From assembly GCF_009914755.1 (NCBI RefSeq), contig NC_060927.1: a stretch of 64,000 bases of DNA. One strand, given 5' to 3'. Positions 40,727-55,469 of this stretch are shown piece by piece. The position numbers and the translations under genes were made by a program. Source of the stretch: the human T2T-CHM13v2.0 reference genome, Homo sapiens. Below the pieces are notes generated by a model. That model saw only the letters and a list, made by a program, of their open reading frames with translations. It was not told where the DNA came from and did not search any database. The first letter of the stretch is position 1. The number at the start of each line of letters is the position of its first letter.

Positions 40727-43700
40727 TATAATCTAGGATAATAATCCATATTCTGTCCCTATATCAACAGTAAATTGTTTATGAAGCCATAGATAGTAAA
40801 AATTAAACATGCTAATTCTGTCTTCAGCCACCAAGGCAACCATGTCCCAGGAAGTAACACAGGGAAAATATGTTCTTATTAACATCTTATTTTTTTCTTA
40901 TTAACACCTTATTTTTCTGTTAACTTGCTACAGCAAAATAAATTGACCTGGACTTGACAAAACTGCTGCTTCTACTTCATTACACCAAAATACAAATGTT
41001 TACAGGGTCTCTCCTCAATGCCAATCTAACCCCACATATACAGAAGAGCAAGCACTACTTTTGATAAGCCATCCATCTGCTCAATAACCTACAGTAGCTC
41101 CTTATTAGCCTCCTTGAGTTCCAAACCCAAATTCCTCTGCTTGACACATAAGGCCCTTCACAATTCCAACCCACTCCACCTCCACTCCCCCACCAATCCA
41201 AGCCTCACCATCTTGTAAAGCCTAAGACCCATCTCTACTCCCAAACCTTCTCTGTCCTCGTAAGTTCGCAGTGATAGCTCCCTCCCCTGAAGACCTGCTC
41301 ATTCATTAAAGCAAAATTTAGCACAAATGCCTGAGACCAATACCTAGCACAGAATGTGGAACATATGGTTTTGCCTGCTGCACATCTCAGCTAATTGTTA
41401 CTTCATCTTAGTAGGTGTAAACATTCTCCCTCTCAACTAAACTGTAAGCTCTCCAAAAGCAGAGACCAGGGTTTATGCAAACCCCCCAACTCTGCCCCAG
41501 TACAGAGAGCAAGCACACAAGATTTGGAGAACAAATTCCCAACCCTAACATCAAACACAAATATCTAGCTTCAGTCTTCCAGCTCTCACTGTAAATAACT
41601 GAGCATTGCTAATTGCAGCTCCAGCAAACATCACACAAAAGACCTCCTGAATACATTAGATAAGTGAGGTGAAAAGAAAATATAATCACAAACATCCATC
41701 TGCGACAGGAAATTTGACAAAGTAGCATTTCTGAAGAACAACTCATAGAGGTAGGGGACAGCAGTACGTTGCTTCAGGTTGAGAAAGCTTTGTTTTAGCG
41801 CAAAGAACACTGACCATGGGTCAGAGGACTTCTGCCAAGCTGTTATTAGCTGTGTGACCATGGGAACATTAATTAATCCCTATGAACCTCAGTTTCACCA
41901 CCTGCCAAATGGCATTAATGTCTTACTTATTGCTGAGGATGTCCAGTGCATTGCTCTGCCTAGAGTGAGCACTCAACTTGTGCTTATTTTTCACATGTTC
42001 ATAAAGAAAATAAGTCCTGTAACCTTGAGTTTCCTCCAAGTACATGTACATCTCAAGGCCAAAGAGAATATGATGCTAAATGTGACCCAGCAGGATGCAT
42101 TTGTCATTCACACAGTGATTGAAATAAAAAACCAGTAGGGACGGGATCATAAAAGAAACACTCCAGCAAACCTAAGCAAACAGGTCTGCTGGGGAGATAA
42201 ACGGAATTTCTGCTCATCGACCCTAGGATGCTCTGATTCTGGGGTGAGCCAATAAACTCAGTAACTGCACCGGCATGGCATGCCGTTATTGCCTCTAATA
42301 GGTTTGATGCTCAGAAAGTGGGTCTCTTATCTGCTGCCACAATTCAGATAAAGTAACATAACCTGATTCCACGATGATCAGCTCTCCACCTTATTAGGCT
42401 GGAAAGGCTACCAGAGTGACTGTAAGTCACATTAACCAAGTTTCCTGTCTAATTTACTTATAATTACTTTTCTCTGTTATAAGATTAGCTGCTAATCAAG
42501 TTTAGCATCAAGAAAAAAATAAAAGATTTCTCTTTTATATTGTCTTTTTAAATCACAATTAAAGAGATTTTACCTTTTCCAAGTCATTTTAAAATAACTC
42601 ACGTGTCTAATTAAAATGCAAAGAAACCTATGTCTGTGGTCAGTATTAACGTCAGAATTTTCATCTTGGCTCCTAGAAAGCTATAATAACACAAGAAAAA
42701 TAATGACAGATAATCAAAATTGCTATAGGACTCAAGTAATACATACTTTCTCTATAAACATTTACAAATTATGTGTACTCAACAAAATGAATTCGGTGTT
42801 TTAAACTATCTGGTCATATTCAATACAACAAAAAGATGACTAAAAAAGAAAGGTCAATGCATCTAACACCACATTATTAACCCCCTCCTCCTAGCAGAAA
42901 GGTGCCCCTGAAAATATTTTCCTTTTTATCAACTTTTTATTTCTTTGTGGTTTCAGCAGATTAATCACTTGTGGCCTCAGTATGCAGTGCTGAGAGAGTA
43001 TTCATGTCTATTCTTCTGTGGAAGATAGAGAAAGACTGGCTGAAATAATTTTACTTTTCACTGCATAATCATTTGTCCTGGGCATTTTCCAGGGGCTGTT
43101 TGGGAATAAACTCATTTTGCTCATATGCAGAGATGAGGCAGGAGAAACATTTGTGAACTTACATTTGATTATGCCAACACCCCAAGGAAGGTTTTGTAAA
43201 CGAATAAAAAATTGGAATGAAGCCTCTCTCACTAAGCCTCAAAAATGCTACTGTTTCGTAACTCAGAAGCCTGGCCAATGTCTATATTGATCAGAGCTGT
43301 AGAAATTAATAAGAGCAAGGTAATAAAATGAAACTGCCATGCTGTTTATTGGCTGTCATCACTGATGACACTCCAATCTCTAATTAACATCCTCACTACC
43401 TATCCTCTTTATTACCAACATGACATTGACTGAGACATCAGAAACAAAGTAATTAAAGAGACTTTTTCCTGCTCTTATCTCAGAAGTGCCTCTGTCCAGG
43501 GTTGGCTTTTATCTGCTGACTTACCCATGACAATTTCCCTTAGTGCCTCCCAGCATACTGGCTCAGAACTCTGTATGGTCTCTGACTGAGAGATATTGGC
43601 CAGGCCTTGTTCTAACCCACCTAACAGATGCCTGATACTTTTTTCTAAGCTACTCGCAAATTTAAAGATGGGATTGACTGCTCCATCTCATGATAACTTT

Positions 43701-44132
43701 GGAGTTATCATGAGTTTTACGTACTGCATCAGTTGTTTACAAGAGTGTTTTTAAGTGGACATTCCTTTTCTCACTTTTAAAGCTTATCCCTGACCACACG
43801 ATAATCCTCATCCCTCATCCCTCAGTTTTCCTACTTACCCTTGTCTAGTATATGCCACCCATCTCATCATTGTATCACAGTTCACACTTCCTCCACTGCT
43901 GGCTTTATTATGTCTGAAAAACCCTCATGCTTCATGCAAACCAGAGAGCATTTTCCTCTCTTTCCAGAGATCCCAGGACATTGGGTTATACCCTACAGAC
44001 ACCCCATGACAACAAAGAGGACTAACAGACAAGGTCTGAGTTTTTCCCTGCTGTCACTGACGTGTCTCCTTAGAGGATCCTGCTGAAGTGGTTAAACTGG
44101 AAGTCCCATTTCCAATTTACTATGTGCTACAG

Positions 44133-44302
44133 AGCAGAGCTTCTCAAATGTTCATGTGCACACAAATCACTTGTAAGTCCTGTTGAAGTGCGGGTCCTGA
44201 TTCAGACAGTCTGGGTGGGGCCTGACAGTCTGTATTTCTAACCAGGTCCCAGATGATGCTGATGCTGATGCTGTTGGGCCCTGGATGCACTCTGAGCACC
44301 AA
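44133..44302. mobile_element. MER5-like hAT MITE (others at about 45130-45280 and 57620-58120)
   Basis: ttctcaaa...gattcagacagtctgggtggggcctga...tttctaaccaggtcccagatgatgctgatgctg. Confidence 0.75.
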
Positions 44303-44512
44303 AGATATACAGTGAAATTCCAGAGTATCCTTTTGGGAGTGCAAGTTGCCTATAAGTAGTTATTTTCATAAAGTTAATAAGTAATTTGTGATATGTTATA
44401 AAAACATGGCATCAGTGCAGTGAAACACAAAGTCCAGCCACGGTTCCTTTGACAAAAGATTTTCTGTACAGTATATAGAAGTGGCAAAGGAAATGATCTA
44501 GAATTTGCCCAC

Positions 44513-45128
44513 TGTTAGAGAGGGGAAAAACCTTTTTTCCTCTACTCTTTAGGTTAAATGATTGGGGTCCTGCAAAATAAATTGACAAAAGACAGATTGA
44601 CAGGAGAAAAATGTTTCTTTCATATGCATATAAGGGCCTCACAGAAATGAAGTGAAAATCCCAAAAAGGTAGTCAGACTCAGAGACTTATATACCATTTT
44701 AACAAAGAATGATAAACTTGTAGAAGTAATAAAACAAAGGGAAAAGGTTTGAGCTTATATGGGGGAAAAAAGGTATATATATATATTTCTCATATATATA
44801 TATTTCTCATATATGTATATATATGAGAAACTAGTGGAAGATAAAGATTATTTTAGTAAGGTTTGTTATGCATATTCCTCTCAGAGCCATCTCTGGGCTG
44901 ATATGAGTCTAGAGTCCTCTCTGGTGATCAACGGTTGTTCAGCCCTTCCTGTTACAAGGCAAGTGAAAGGAACAACTTCACAAAGGGAAATTTATGTCCG
45001 CTTTTACATAAATAGGGGGAGGATAGAGATCTTTTCTTGCATCTGCTGTTCCTCAAATACCTTCAGCTTAAAATAATTCTTGTGACAAAGTGTCATATTT
45101 GGGGGTAGCATATTTTGATCCCCTTTAC
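44513..45128. mobile_element. Probable ERV1-class solo LTR, family not assigned, with an internal TA-rich expansion
   Basis: Starts TG, about 610 bp, ends ggggtagcatattttgatccccttta, which resembles MER4-group LTR ends. Confidence 0.5.
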
Positions 45129-47395
45129 GACCCAAAGTGGACCAGCAGCATCAGTATCACCTGGGAGCATCTTAGAAATGCAGAATTTCAGGCCCCACCC
45201 CCAATTTACAAAAACAGATTCTGCATTTTAACAAGACCCTCAGGTGGTGTGATGCACGTTTGCTTGAAATGCACTGCCATAGAATATCTCTTGCTTTGCC
45301 AAAGTGGTTAGTGAAACCAAAATATGCAGCCCTCAGTGGGGGTGAGGGGATCATAAAGCCCTTGGACTTGTATGTATCTATTTCATTAGCCCTTAAAGTA
45401 TGGCAGCATGACCCAACTAAACCCAAACTGAGACCCAGGATCACATTCAGCTCAGCAGTGGGTTTATTTTTCCAAGATCTGTTTATCTGTACAAGTTGCC
45501 AAATAGGCAGACAAGGGTGCGGGTGAATGGGGAAGGAGGTGTTTTGTGCACAGGCATTTGCAGCTCCCAAGGAGGAGATAACAGGCCTGGGGAGCAATGA
45601 GAAAGAGGGGACAGTATGGCCTCTCCCCCTGTGCTCCCAATCCCAGAACAGCTGGTTTAAGTGTTGTTGGAACACAGGGTTGAGTGAGAATGCTGAAGGA
45701 GCTGTGTTTCAAAGACTGTGTGAAGCTCTGGGACCCAGGTGACAAGGCACAGCAGAGTGAGAGGAGGACCAGCCACCTGCCTTCCCCAGAACAGGCCCCA
45801 GGACCCAGGGCAGCCTCAGCAGAGGAGGTTGATGAGGGGCCTTGGGGAGACAGCAACAGCAGGAGGGCCGCAGGGGCAGGGAACAGGAGGAAGGATTCAG
45901 AACAGGAGCCACAGTGCACATGAGCACAGATAACATCCTGCCCTGGGGACTCTGAGGACACTGGCGGAGGGCACACCAGGCATTAATATTAACATGGCCT
46001 CATTTGCTCCCAGGGTCCGTGAGGCCTCGGACCTGCCAGCGACCATAACACTAACCTTTCTCTCTAACCACCTGACCACTTTTCCTCCAGGTGAACCCTT
46101 CTGCTTTCCAGTCATTTTGTCACATTGTGCCTTTGGGCTTTTCTTTTCTTCCATAAATTCTGAAGCAGGTTGACCCTCTTTCCTTTTCCAACAGGATTCT
46201 CTTCACACGCAGCTCTTTGTGCCAATGCATGGGGAGCCTCTCCAGATGCTGCCACCCTGTCCCTGCGTTGTCTTTCTCTGAGACATCCGATGCTGGTTGG
46301 CTTTGACCAGACCTCCCCCTGGGGACAGCTTCTCTTTCAGTCTCACCCTAGGTTTCATGTTTCCTCCCAACTCTCCCAACTCACCCATGATCACATCCCT
46401 GGGGCTTCATCGCTCACTCAGTAAAATCCCAAGAGGGCATGGCTCCCAGGCCAGGCTGCTGTTTCCTACGGCCTGAATATTTAATCCCAATTGTCTGTTG
46501 CGGTGAGGAGATTCATAGTAACCTTGATTGGGGCTGAGTTTCGCTTTTCTCAGTGCTATATACAGGGCGGCTCTTCGGATGTGCTCATTTGGAAGGGGAG
46601 CCTTCAAGTACTCTGGGGCTACTTTCCCTTCAGCTGACTGGATGCTCACAAGACTTCATAGTTTCCTTTCCCTCCTTGGTTATCAAACCCTAGGGGCCCT
46701 CCCCGCCCCACTAATGTCCACTGACCTGTGTCATGCAATACTTTAAAACACACTAGGCTAGACAGACCCTCACCACATTCCATTCCTACTGGTGAGGTTG
46801 CAGAAATCATTCTAAAAGCATACTCCATCTCCTTTTTTCTAGAGATGAAGCAGATCGATCTCATTTCTACATCTTCATGCTTTGGCTTCAGTGGATCTTA
46901 GATAGGTGTAAGGATACTTGGAATATCTAAACCATCTGTCAGTGCCTGGATCTGAAGACTCTCACACCTCGTTTACCAGATGAGGGGTCAGTCTAATAAA
47001 TGAGATCTGAGGTGGAAACTTCCATGATCCATTCATCTACAGGAACGAGGAGGCAAACAGCCTGCAGATTCTTCAGAAAGTGGTTTTTAAATGATTTTGA
47101 CTTCTTGATAAGACAACCTCCATGTCCAACACATAATTAAATGGCAAGCCAGTAAAATAATTTGAAAAGAAATGTTTTTTAAAATATATAGCCTTCATTC
47201 ATATTCAGGAGAGATGATACAGTTGCAAAACACTGGAGCTGTTTATGTAAAATAATAATAAGGGAATAGTATGATTAATTTTATGCCATCAAAGGAGACA
47301 ACTTAAATGAAATGGATGGATCCCATGAAAGACACATTACCCAAGTTTCTCAAGAAGAAATAAATTTCTTTTACTTCTTAATTTAATTATTTTAA

Positions 47396-47720
<325 letters not shown>

Positions 47721-48394
47721 TAAGTTCTTTTCAATTTATTTCTCAAGAAGAAATAAATAAGCTAAATAGCTCCACTGTGCTGTTTATTGGAGGTTTACAT
47801 CCACCAGACTAAGAAAGGACTTTCCATAAATAGTTAAGACATGATCATTTATACGATGATTAGACTTGCTGGTAAAAATTCTCACAAACTGCTTGTGTTG
47901 AAATATGCATCTTTTGTAAACAAAAGTAACACCACAGATCCAATCTAAAGAGGACATGTGTGTGGGATGCAAAAGCTGTGTGGGCGCAGATCTTTGCATT
48001 TTAGAACTGCAAGGATAGTAGCCCAGTTTCCGCAACTGTAAGATATAACTGTAGGCCAGAGAAGGTAAGTAACTAGCCCAAGGCCACACAGCTAGTTAGT
48101 AAGAACTGAAACAGACCTTCCGCAGATCGTGAATGTTTTTGAACAATGACATGGACAGATTTAGAGGTGTCATTTATAACATGGAATGTTAAACTCATGG
48201 GGTCATCCAGAGAAAACAGAGCAGCACTCAGAGGCGTCAACAGGCACCAACACTGAAGCAAAGCAGCCTCAGCTTAGTTCTGCCCTAGTTGTTAAGCCAG
48301 CCAACATCCAACTGGGCAAAATTAAGTCACACAGTGTTCCTGCAGCTGGCAATAAACAGATGAGCTTTTCCCTGATATCCCTGTAGACGGGATG

Positions 48395-48396
<2 letters not shown>

Positions 48397-48430
<34 letters not shown>
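48397..48430 (+). repeat. A34 homopolymer
   Basis: Uninterrupted 34 A. Confidence 0.95.
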
Positions 48431-48433
<3 letters not shown>

Positions 48434-51007
48434 CCCGAAGTGTATTAAGATTCCAAACAAAGAAGAGTGATGTTTGGGTAAAGCACATTAAAGTGAAAAC
48501 TTTTCTTCTTTTTGGGAATTCAGACTGGGTTTGGTTTTCCCCTAATTCAAAAGAAGAGAAGGCATGGTACCAACACCCTGATGAAGCCAGGCATCCAATC
48601 GGACCCACAAAGCTTCAGCAGTGGCCCTAATACCCACCCTGAGTACAACACATCTCTGCTGGTGGAGCACCAAGCAGTCCTCACTGCTGTGGGAATCTGC
48701 ATGGCCCCCACTAGCCCGTCCTCCCAGGATAGCTGTAAAGATTGTAATGAGAGGACAGGCATAAGGTTGCCCACATATGGTCAGCACTCAGATTAAACCA
48801 GATTGACAGTGGTGGCACTAAAGCAGAACTGCTTCTCTGCTGAGAAGCCAACCTCCTGGGCAGAAACTGACACAGTTCCCTCTAACAGCCCAACTGCTGC
48901 ATCTAAGCCTTTTGAAAGCATCAGACACAAATGTTTCAACACAGACTGTTGCCTTCAGAGGCTTTATAAGGATAAACCTTAGCAGCTTTTAGCTTCTGCA
49001 GGAGTTGTGGTTAAGCTTCTTTGGGATTTCTTATGATGTTATATCATGGCATTTGCCAAATATATACAATTTGTTGGGATGGAGTCTACTAAATAAATGG
49101 GCCTTGCGTGGCAAGATTCTAAACACAGAGCCCTAGTGCCAGGTATGTGGTAGGCTGGCAATGAACAGGTGTTGCACGGAAGAACCCAATAAATCCACAG
49201 TAGTGTTCAATGAAAACAGACTATTGGTTGGGTCATCAGAATGCGCTGGGTGATCATCCAAGCATGCAGTCAGGATTTTTCATCTATTTCTGCCCCCAAA
49301 TTTATCTAAAGCTACACAGCCGTCAACATTCTGTAGGGCCAGCACACTGTCATGGATTCCATTGGTACCCACCCAGATTCCTTTACCAGGGCTGCCCCTC
49401 TCCTCCAGCTCTTACACGTGTTGGCAGCTGATCGCTGCCCAAGTCTCCCAAGAGTTACTTTGGCTGACTGGAGCCACTTTACCCAGGAGGTCACACATCC
49501 AACTCTGCCTTCACAAGGACAGCCCATAATCAATGACTGATGGACAGGGGTGTGGGGATAGGTACCAAAGACCCAGCCTTTACCCCATGGTGGGACAATC
49601 CATGGTACAATGCATGTTCCAGAGCTTCTCATGGCTGGGGCTGAGATGTGACTCCAGCTGAGACCACTTCCTTGCTTGGCCGCACTCCCCACCCACCTGA
49701 CTCCCTTCTCCTGAGAGCTGTCCCGGAATAATTACATGCACAAGAATCCACATCTCAGGTTCTGCTTCTAGGGAAACCAGACCCTCACCATTGCCCAAAA
49801 TTATGAAAGGTCTTTATATTTTACAGTAAGAATGAGCACTGATGGTTTTGTGGAATTTTTAGAATTCATAAGTAGAAGACATTCCTTCTCTCCTGTTTCA
49901 TTAAAAACAAAAGGCATATAATTACCCAGAGGTGGCTGGAGTGTCTTGAAACTATTTCCCTCATGAACATCCTTCCTGCCTTTGTTCAGGTCTGTGATGG
50001 ATCTAATATCATTACTCCAAGAGGCCTTACCTGAAAGACCCTCAAATTGCTCCATCCCCCTCCCTCACCAGTCTGGTTTCTTTCTGCATAGCACATATCA
50101 CCATTGATATGACAATTTACTTGAAGCTTTAACCTGTTTCCCCAACTCTCTAGAGCTCTGCAATGCTTAATACCATAACCACTAGACACATACGGCTATT
50201 TTCCATTTAAATTTAAATTAATTAAAAGTATTGAGCCTACCACAGTGGCATGTAGCAGACAACAAATATATGTGAGCCAATGAACAAATAGTTCATGGTA
50301 ATCATCAGTGATGTCCCTGGTATCTAATTTTGTAGCTTTTATACTAAAAATTGATATTGTCAAGGGTAGGAAAAGAACTGTAAGAACATTTAAGAAAAAA
50401 TTCTTAAGAAGCTATGAAAGGATATGACTATTACTGGCTGAATTTTTAGCGGATGGTAGTTAATTGTAGGTTAAAAAAACACAATGCCAACCTCCAGATG
50501 GAGACAGCTAGCTAGCCAGAAACTGCTGAGAGTTTTTTGACAGTTATTCAAGGCAGCATAGAAAATATAAAACTTTCCTTTTTTTCCCCTCTGAGATGGG
50601 CAGATATTTAAAGTCCCACTCCCTCCTCCCAATAGAATAAAAATCCAACATGTATGTTTTTTCTTTGATTGTTAACATGCTCACTTAAGACTAAAAGCCC
50701 ACACATCGCGTTTGTGGCCAGGTGAACATGTTGGAAGCAAAATACAAAGACCCCAGTCTGTCTCCTTACCTAGCCCTCTGCACCTCAACACTAACACCAC
50801 TTTCCTTTCTAAGGAAACAGCTTAATAAAGACATCACTTTGTACTCACGATGAAAAAAGAGCAAGAAAGGAAACATAAAGAGAACCAAGAAGCCTCTGCC
50901 GTTTTTGCCTTGTAATGCAGACAAAGCAATTGGAAAAAAGCAAGTAACTAACAAGCATTCCTGAGAACACAGGAATTCCAGAGGTCTTTCAGTTGATTCT
51001 CAGATGC

Positions 51008-51323
51008 TTTATTTTATTTTATTTATTTATTTATTTTGAGATAGGGTCTTCTGCCTAGACTGGAGTACAGTGGTGCCATCATGGCTCACTGCAGCTTCAA
51101 ACTCTCCAGCTCAAGCAATTCTCCCACCTCTGCCTCCCAAGTGGCTGACACTACAGGCATGAGCCACCACACTCAGCTAATTTTTGTTGTTATTGTTGTT
51201 GTTAAAGAAATAGGGTCTCACTATGTTGCCCAGGGTGGTCTCAAGCTCCTGGGCTCAAGTGACCTCTTGCGCCTCGGCCTCCCAAATTGCTGGGATTATA
51301 GGTGTGAGTCACGATGCCCAGCC
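51008..51323 (-). mobile_element. Alu (AluJ-like), intron 1
   Basis: (ttta)n tail followed by a diverged reverse Alu body. Confidence 0.9.
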
Positions 51324-52269
51324 TGTTCCCCACTTCTTAATATGAGTATGTATTCCTGTCTTTCATTCATGTTACAGAATGTCTTTGGAAAATATAATCT
51401 TCAAAACCAGTAAAACATCTTCAGTTATGCAGTCTTTGTAGAAAATGGTCAGTTCTTTGGATTCTAAGTTAATATTATCAATGGCATTAAAGAAAAAGCA
51501 CTAAAAGTTCCCAGCAGCCAATGCATGGCTTTTATGCTTATAGCAAACTTATATGCTAATACTAGGAGCTTCCTTATAAATCAGATGACTTGGAGATCTA
51601 CAATCCTTGGACATCAGTTGACTCCAAGAAAAAGGAGCTTCAACCTAATGTATTTCATTTCTTTCTGTTTCTCTTTTCTTTTTAAATTAATAAGCCCACT
51701 GATTTTGGTTTTCTTAACTTGAACACAAGGTAAGACCCCTGTTAGGGATGTAGTCACCTTTTATTTTACATTAAACAGTCTGACCTGCCAGGCCTGTCTT
51801 TAACATTACTGAAGAGGTGGCATCCTCTGACATCATCTTTTCTTATCCAGACCGAAAACGTAAACACATTATTACTGACAAGTTTCAATCATCTAGGAGA
51901 AGACTTTGATTTGGTGCTAGTAGTGTCTAGGACCAGTCAGAGACACTTACAGGTAAGTTTTAAATGTGTGAGAGATTATATCTCAAAGAGAAAACCCACA
52001 ATGAACCCAAGCTATTTGTTTTCATGGCTCCTGTAACTCTGCACATGTTCTGTGATGGAGAAAACCTATGATTGCTACCACATAGCCAACTCCTTCATGT
52101 ATCTTTTCTCTCCATCTTTCCCTGTCTCCATGAACTTATTTCAATTCTAGGACATACCTATGTGTTTGTTCTGAGCCACCTGGAAAGGCAATTAGAGTAC
52201 ATGGACTCTCATGAAATAGTTTTTATATGTTTTTACTTCCAAATATAATTAGAAAGTAGTCAGCTATAA

Positions 52270-52990
52270 GGCAAAAAAAATCATTAATTACATATATTAA
52301 CTATCTATGAATTTTCTATATGTATAGTGAAGCTTATATGTACATACAAGCTTTTGACATAACTGCAATAAATTGAAAAACACATGAAAAAATTTATACA
52401 TTTATATGTCAACATATAGAAAATTGCTAGGAATAACTAACAAAAAATGTGTATGAGCAACATAAGGAAAACTACAAAACTGTGAGAGGAATTAGAAAAG
52501 CCGTTTAAATGACTGTCCATTCCAGAATGTAAAAGCCTAATAGACATATCAGTTCTTCCCATTTGTAATTTGTAGGTTTTGTGCAACTGAAACACTAATA
52601 CAATTTTTGAGGGAGGACAGGAAGGAGATGAGTAGTGAGTAATGAAGATAGTAAAATATATTACAGAGCTACAATTACAATGTCTTGGTATTTGCACAAG
52701 AATTTAAGAAAAAAAACTATAGTTCCAAAATAGATACTACTTTATATGAGAATTTAATGTATAATGAAAGGTGATTACAAACTAGCCAGGAAGGTTAGAA
52801 TGATTCTTATTCAATATTGGAACAACTGGTTAATAATTTGGAAATAAAATGAATTTAGATTCTTATTTTACAAATAATAACAAAATAACTTCCAGATGAA
52901 TTAAAAACCATAGAGAAACATAAATTTTACTTTAATATTAATCAAACTACTGAAGAGGAGGGGAGTTTGGAAATGAGAAGCATTAAAGGA
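52270..52990 (+). mobile_element. Old L1M ORF2-derived fragment
   Basis: A-rich; motifs such as ggaataactaacaaaaaatgtgtatgag and ggaacaactggttaataatttgg resemble decayed L1 ORF2. Confidence 0.55.
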
Positions 52991-55469
52991 GGTCATGGGT
53001 AGCAGATCCCAAGAGTTCTTATGGACCAGTGTAGGATGGAGAAGTGGAGGATGGGCTGACATCAGTGGTGGCACCCAAAAAACGACAGTGTGACACTGTT
53101 TATCAGATAGATAGGTGCCCCAACTGATAAATATCAAAAAGCTCTAGGGCTACCACAATAAAAGACTCTTGCTTGTATGAATCCCAGTGTAAACCTAGCA
53201 GCTTTCTCCATCTCTGATCCTCCATTCAAAGCACATGGCCTCCAAGGTGGCCCCAGCAGCAGACGAGAAAGACAATAGTGGTATCCTGGCTTTCAACTGC
53301 CTGGAATGAGAAGTGACACATGGCACTTCCACCTACAGTCCAGTGGCCAGAGCTGGTCACATAACCCCAACCACCCCAAAAGATTCCTGGGTTGGTCTCT
53401 CTCAAAAGCACAGCCTAGGGCAAGGATATGGGTTGATTTGGGAGGTGATCTCAGACAGCACTAGAGGAGAGTGGAAAAGTGAAGTAGGACAGTGGCATGA
53501 AAGAGTAGGTTACTGCTATGGCCAACCTGGGCTCAGTTCTGCTGGGAACCTCTGGAGAGATTGAGTAGAACATGCCTCAGAGTTATCCTTCCAGAGGGGC
53601 AAGGAAACTGTGATATTCACCCATCCATTCCCTTCCATTGGTGGTTGAGGGCTGCTCCCAGGACATTAGCTGCCCAGCACTTCTGGGTGTGTGCACCAGA
53701 TGGGGGCCAACCATGCCCCTGCAACCAAAGAAAGTCATCCAACAGTGTTGCAGTGGCTTGCAGTGGGAACCACCAGAACAGGAAAGATGTGTGCTCAGGG
53801 ACCATGGACAGGGACTGATAGCATCTGCTAAAGAAGGGGAGCACATGGGTTATCTGGCAAGAACCACTGCCTCTGGCACAAATGGAGAGACCCAAGCTCC
53901 AGGGGACTTTGGTTGTAGCCCTCTGAAACCGAAACAACATCTGAACTAAAATGAATAACCAGCCTTGTCTAACCCATTCCTGGAAGAGACATTCCCAAAA
54001 AGTTATGGCTGTTATTGCTAGGAAATCTGCTCCTCCAACCAACCCTGAGACCCAAAGATACTTCCTGTAGGGTGCCTTGGACTAGCTTGTGGGTATGGAA
54101 ACTGCTGTTAGGGGAAATGCCCTGCTAGTCTGGGGGGATTCTGGGATGAAAAAACATGGTGCCATCCTCAAGTGGCATGTGGTGTCTGGGGGTGACAGGT
54201 ATGCCTTCGCTCACAGAACCTTTATCACAAGTTCCAGATAGACTCAGAGGCCCTCCAGGGGAGGCTACACATCTCCCTGGAGGGCCTCAGAGGCTCTGCT
54301 ATGAAAACAATGCCTGAGACCAGGAGAGAGCATAAGTTTCTCAAGTGGGAACAGGAAAGTAAAAGCCACTTCTGGCAATCTGCTCATGTTGCTTCCCTCC
54401 ATCAGTTGGTGCATTAGGTTAATTATTTATACAAAAAGTAAATACCAAGTTACATTTTAAAATATGTAATGCCAAAATTTTAATTAACATGAGATTTTAC
54501 TCTAGAAACCACAGGGGTTTATTTTCGGTTTGTGAAATTTTTGTCTGTTTGTGTGGCTTTGTGTTCTCTGCCCTCCACTTCCCCAAAGTGCAGTGTTTCC
54601 ATTTTACTTCTTATGTAATTACCTAGAGATCATTTAACCTCTACTCATTCCTCAAAGAATTTTCAGTATCTCCATCCAAAAACACAGAGTGGAAAGTTGA
54701 TCGTTTGTGCTCTTAAAATAAAAACTGAAGGCAGAAAACTAATCTCACATTATATGGCATGACAGCTTCTAGCTCAGAACCATCCACAATTTTCTCAATT
54801 TTTTTCACCTCCTTTGAACATACAGAAAACAAAAAAAAAGTGTGTGCTTAATCAGGTAATATTGCCAGAATCTGCTCCTACAGGACAGAAGCAGCAAGCA
54901 CAATAGAAAAGCTAATAAAGCCATTCAAATCATCTTAATGAGCACTAATTAATGTCCCATAGAAGAAAAATAGACACTGCAAGATGTAGCAGTTTCTCAG
55001 AAACTGGTTCAGGAAAAGTCACATCAGTGAGAAAAGATGGGATGGTGAATACGGCAGAACACAGTTCTGGTCTTGAGCTCTTCTGTTCTTGCCATGGACA
55101 TCTGACACCTGCGGTCCTCATCCTGGTCGGTGGTACCACCAACCACCCTCGACCTCCAAGACCAAGAGTCATCCCTGACTCCTCTTCCCTTCCATCCCCT
55201 CCCACATCGCAGTCAACCTCAAAGTCCTGTGGATTCCAGCTCCTGCGTGTCTCTCAAATCCATGCTTCCTCTCTCCCATTACCTTAACTACATCTGAGCA
55301 CCTGCCCTCATCACATCTTAGCTCAGCTAGCTGCAAGCCTCCCCAGATTCTGCTGTCTCAGCCTTCCTCTCTCCCCCTCAGCCACCCCATACACCCTGGG
55401 AAAAGTGATGTCTCTGAACCATAAAGCTGGTCATCTATGTCCCCTTCATTAAACACTCCAGTAGTTTTC

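Noticed and set aside
45172-46154. Cluster of 85-170-aa minus-strand ORFs in intron 1
   Set aside because: No recognisable domain, non-ATG starts or partial MER5 overlap, and no convincing splice pair joining them to DCLK3.
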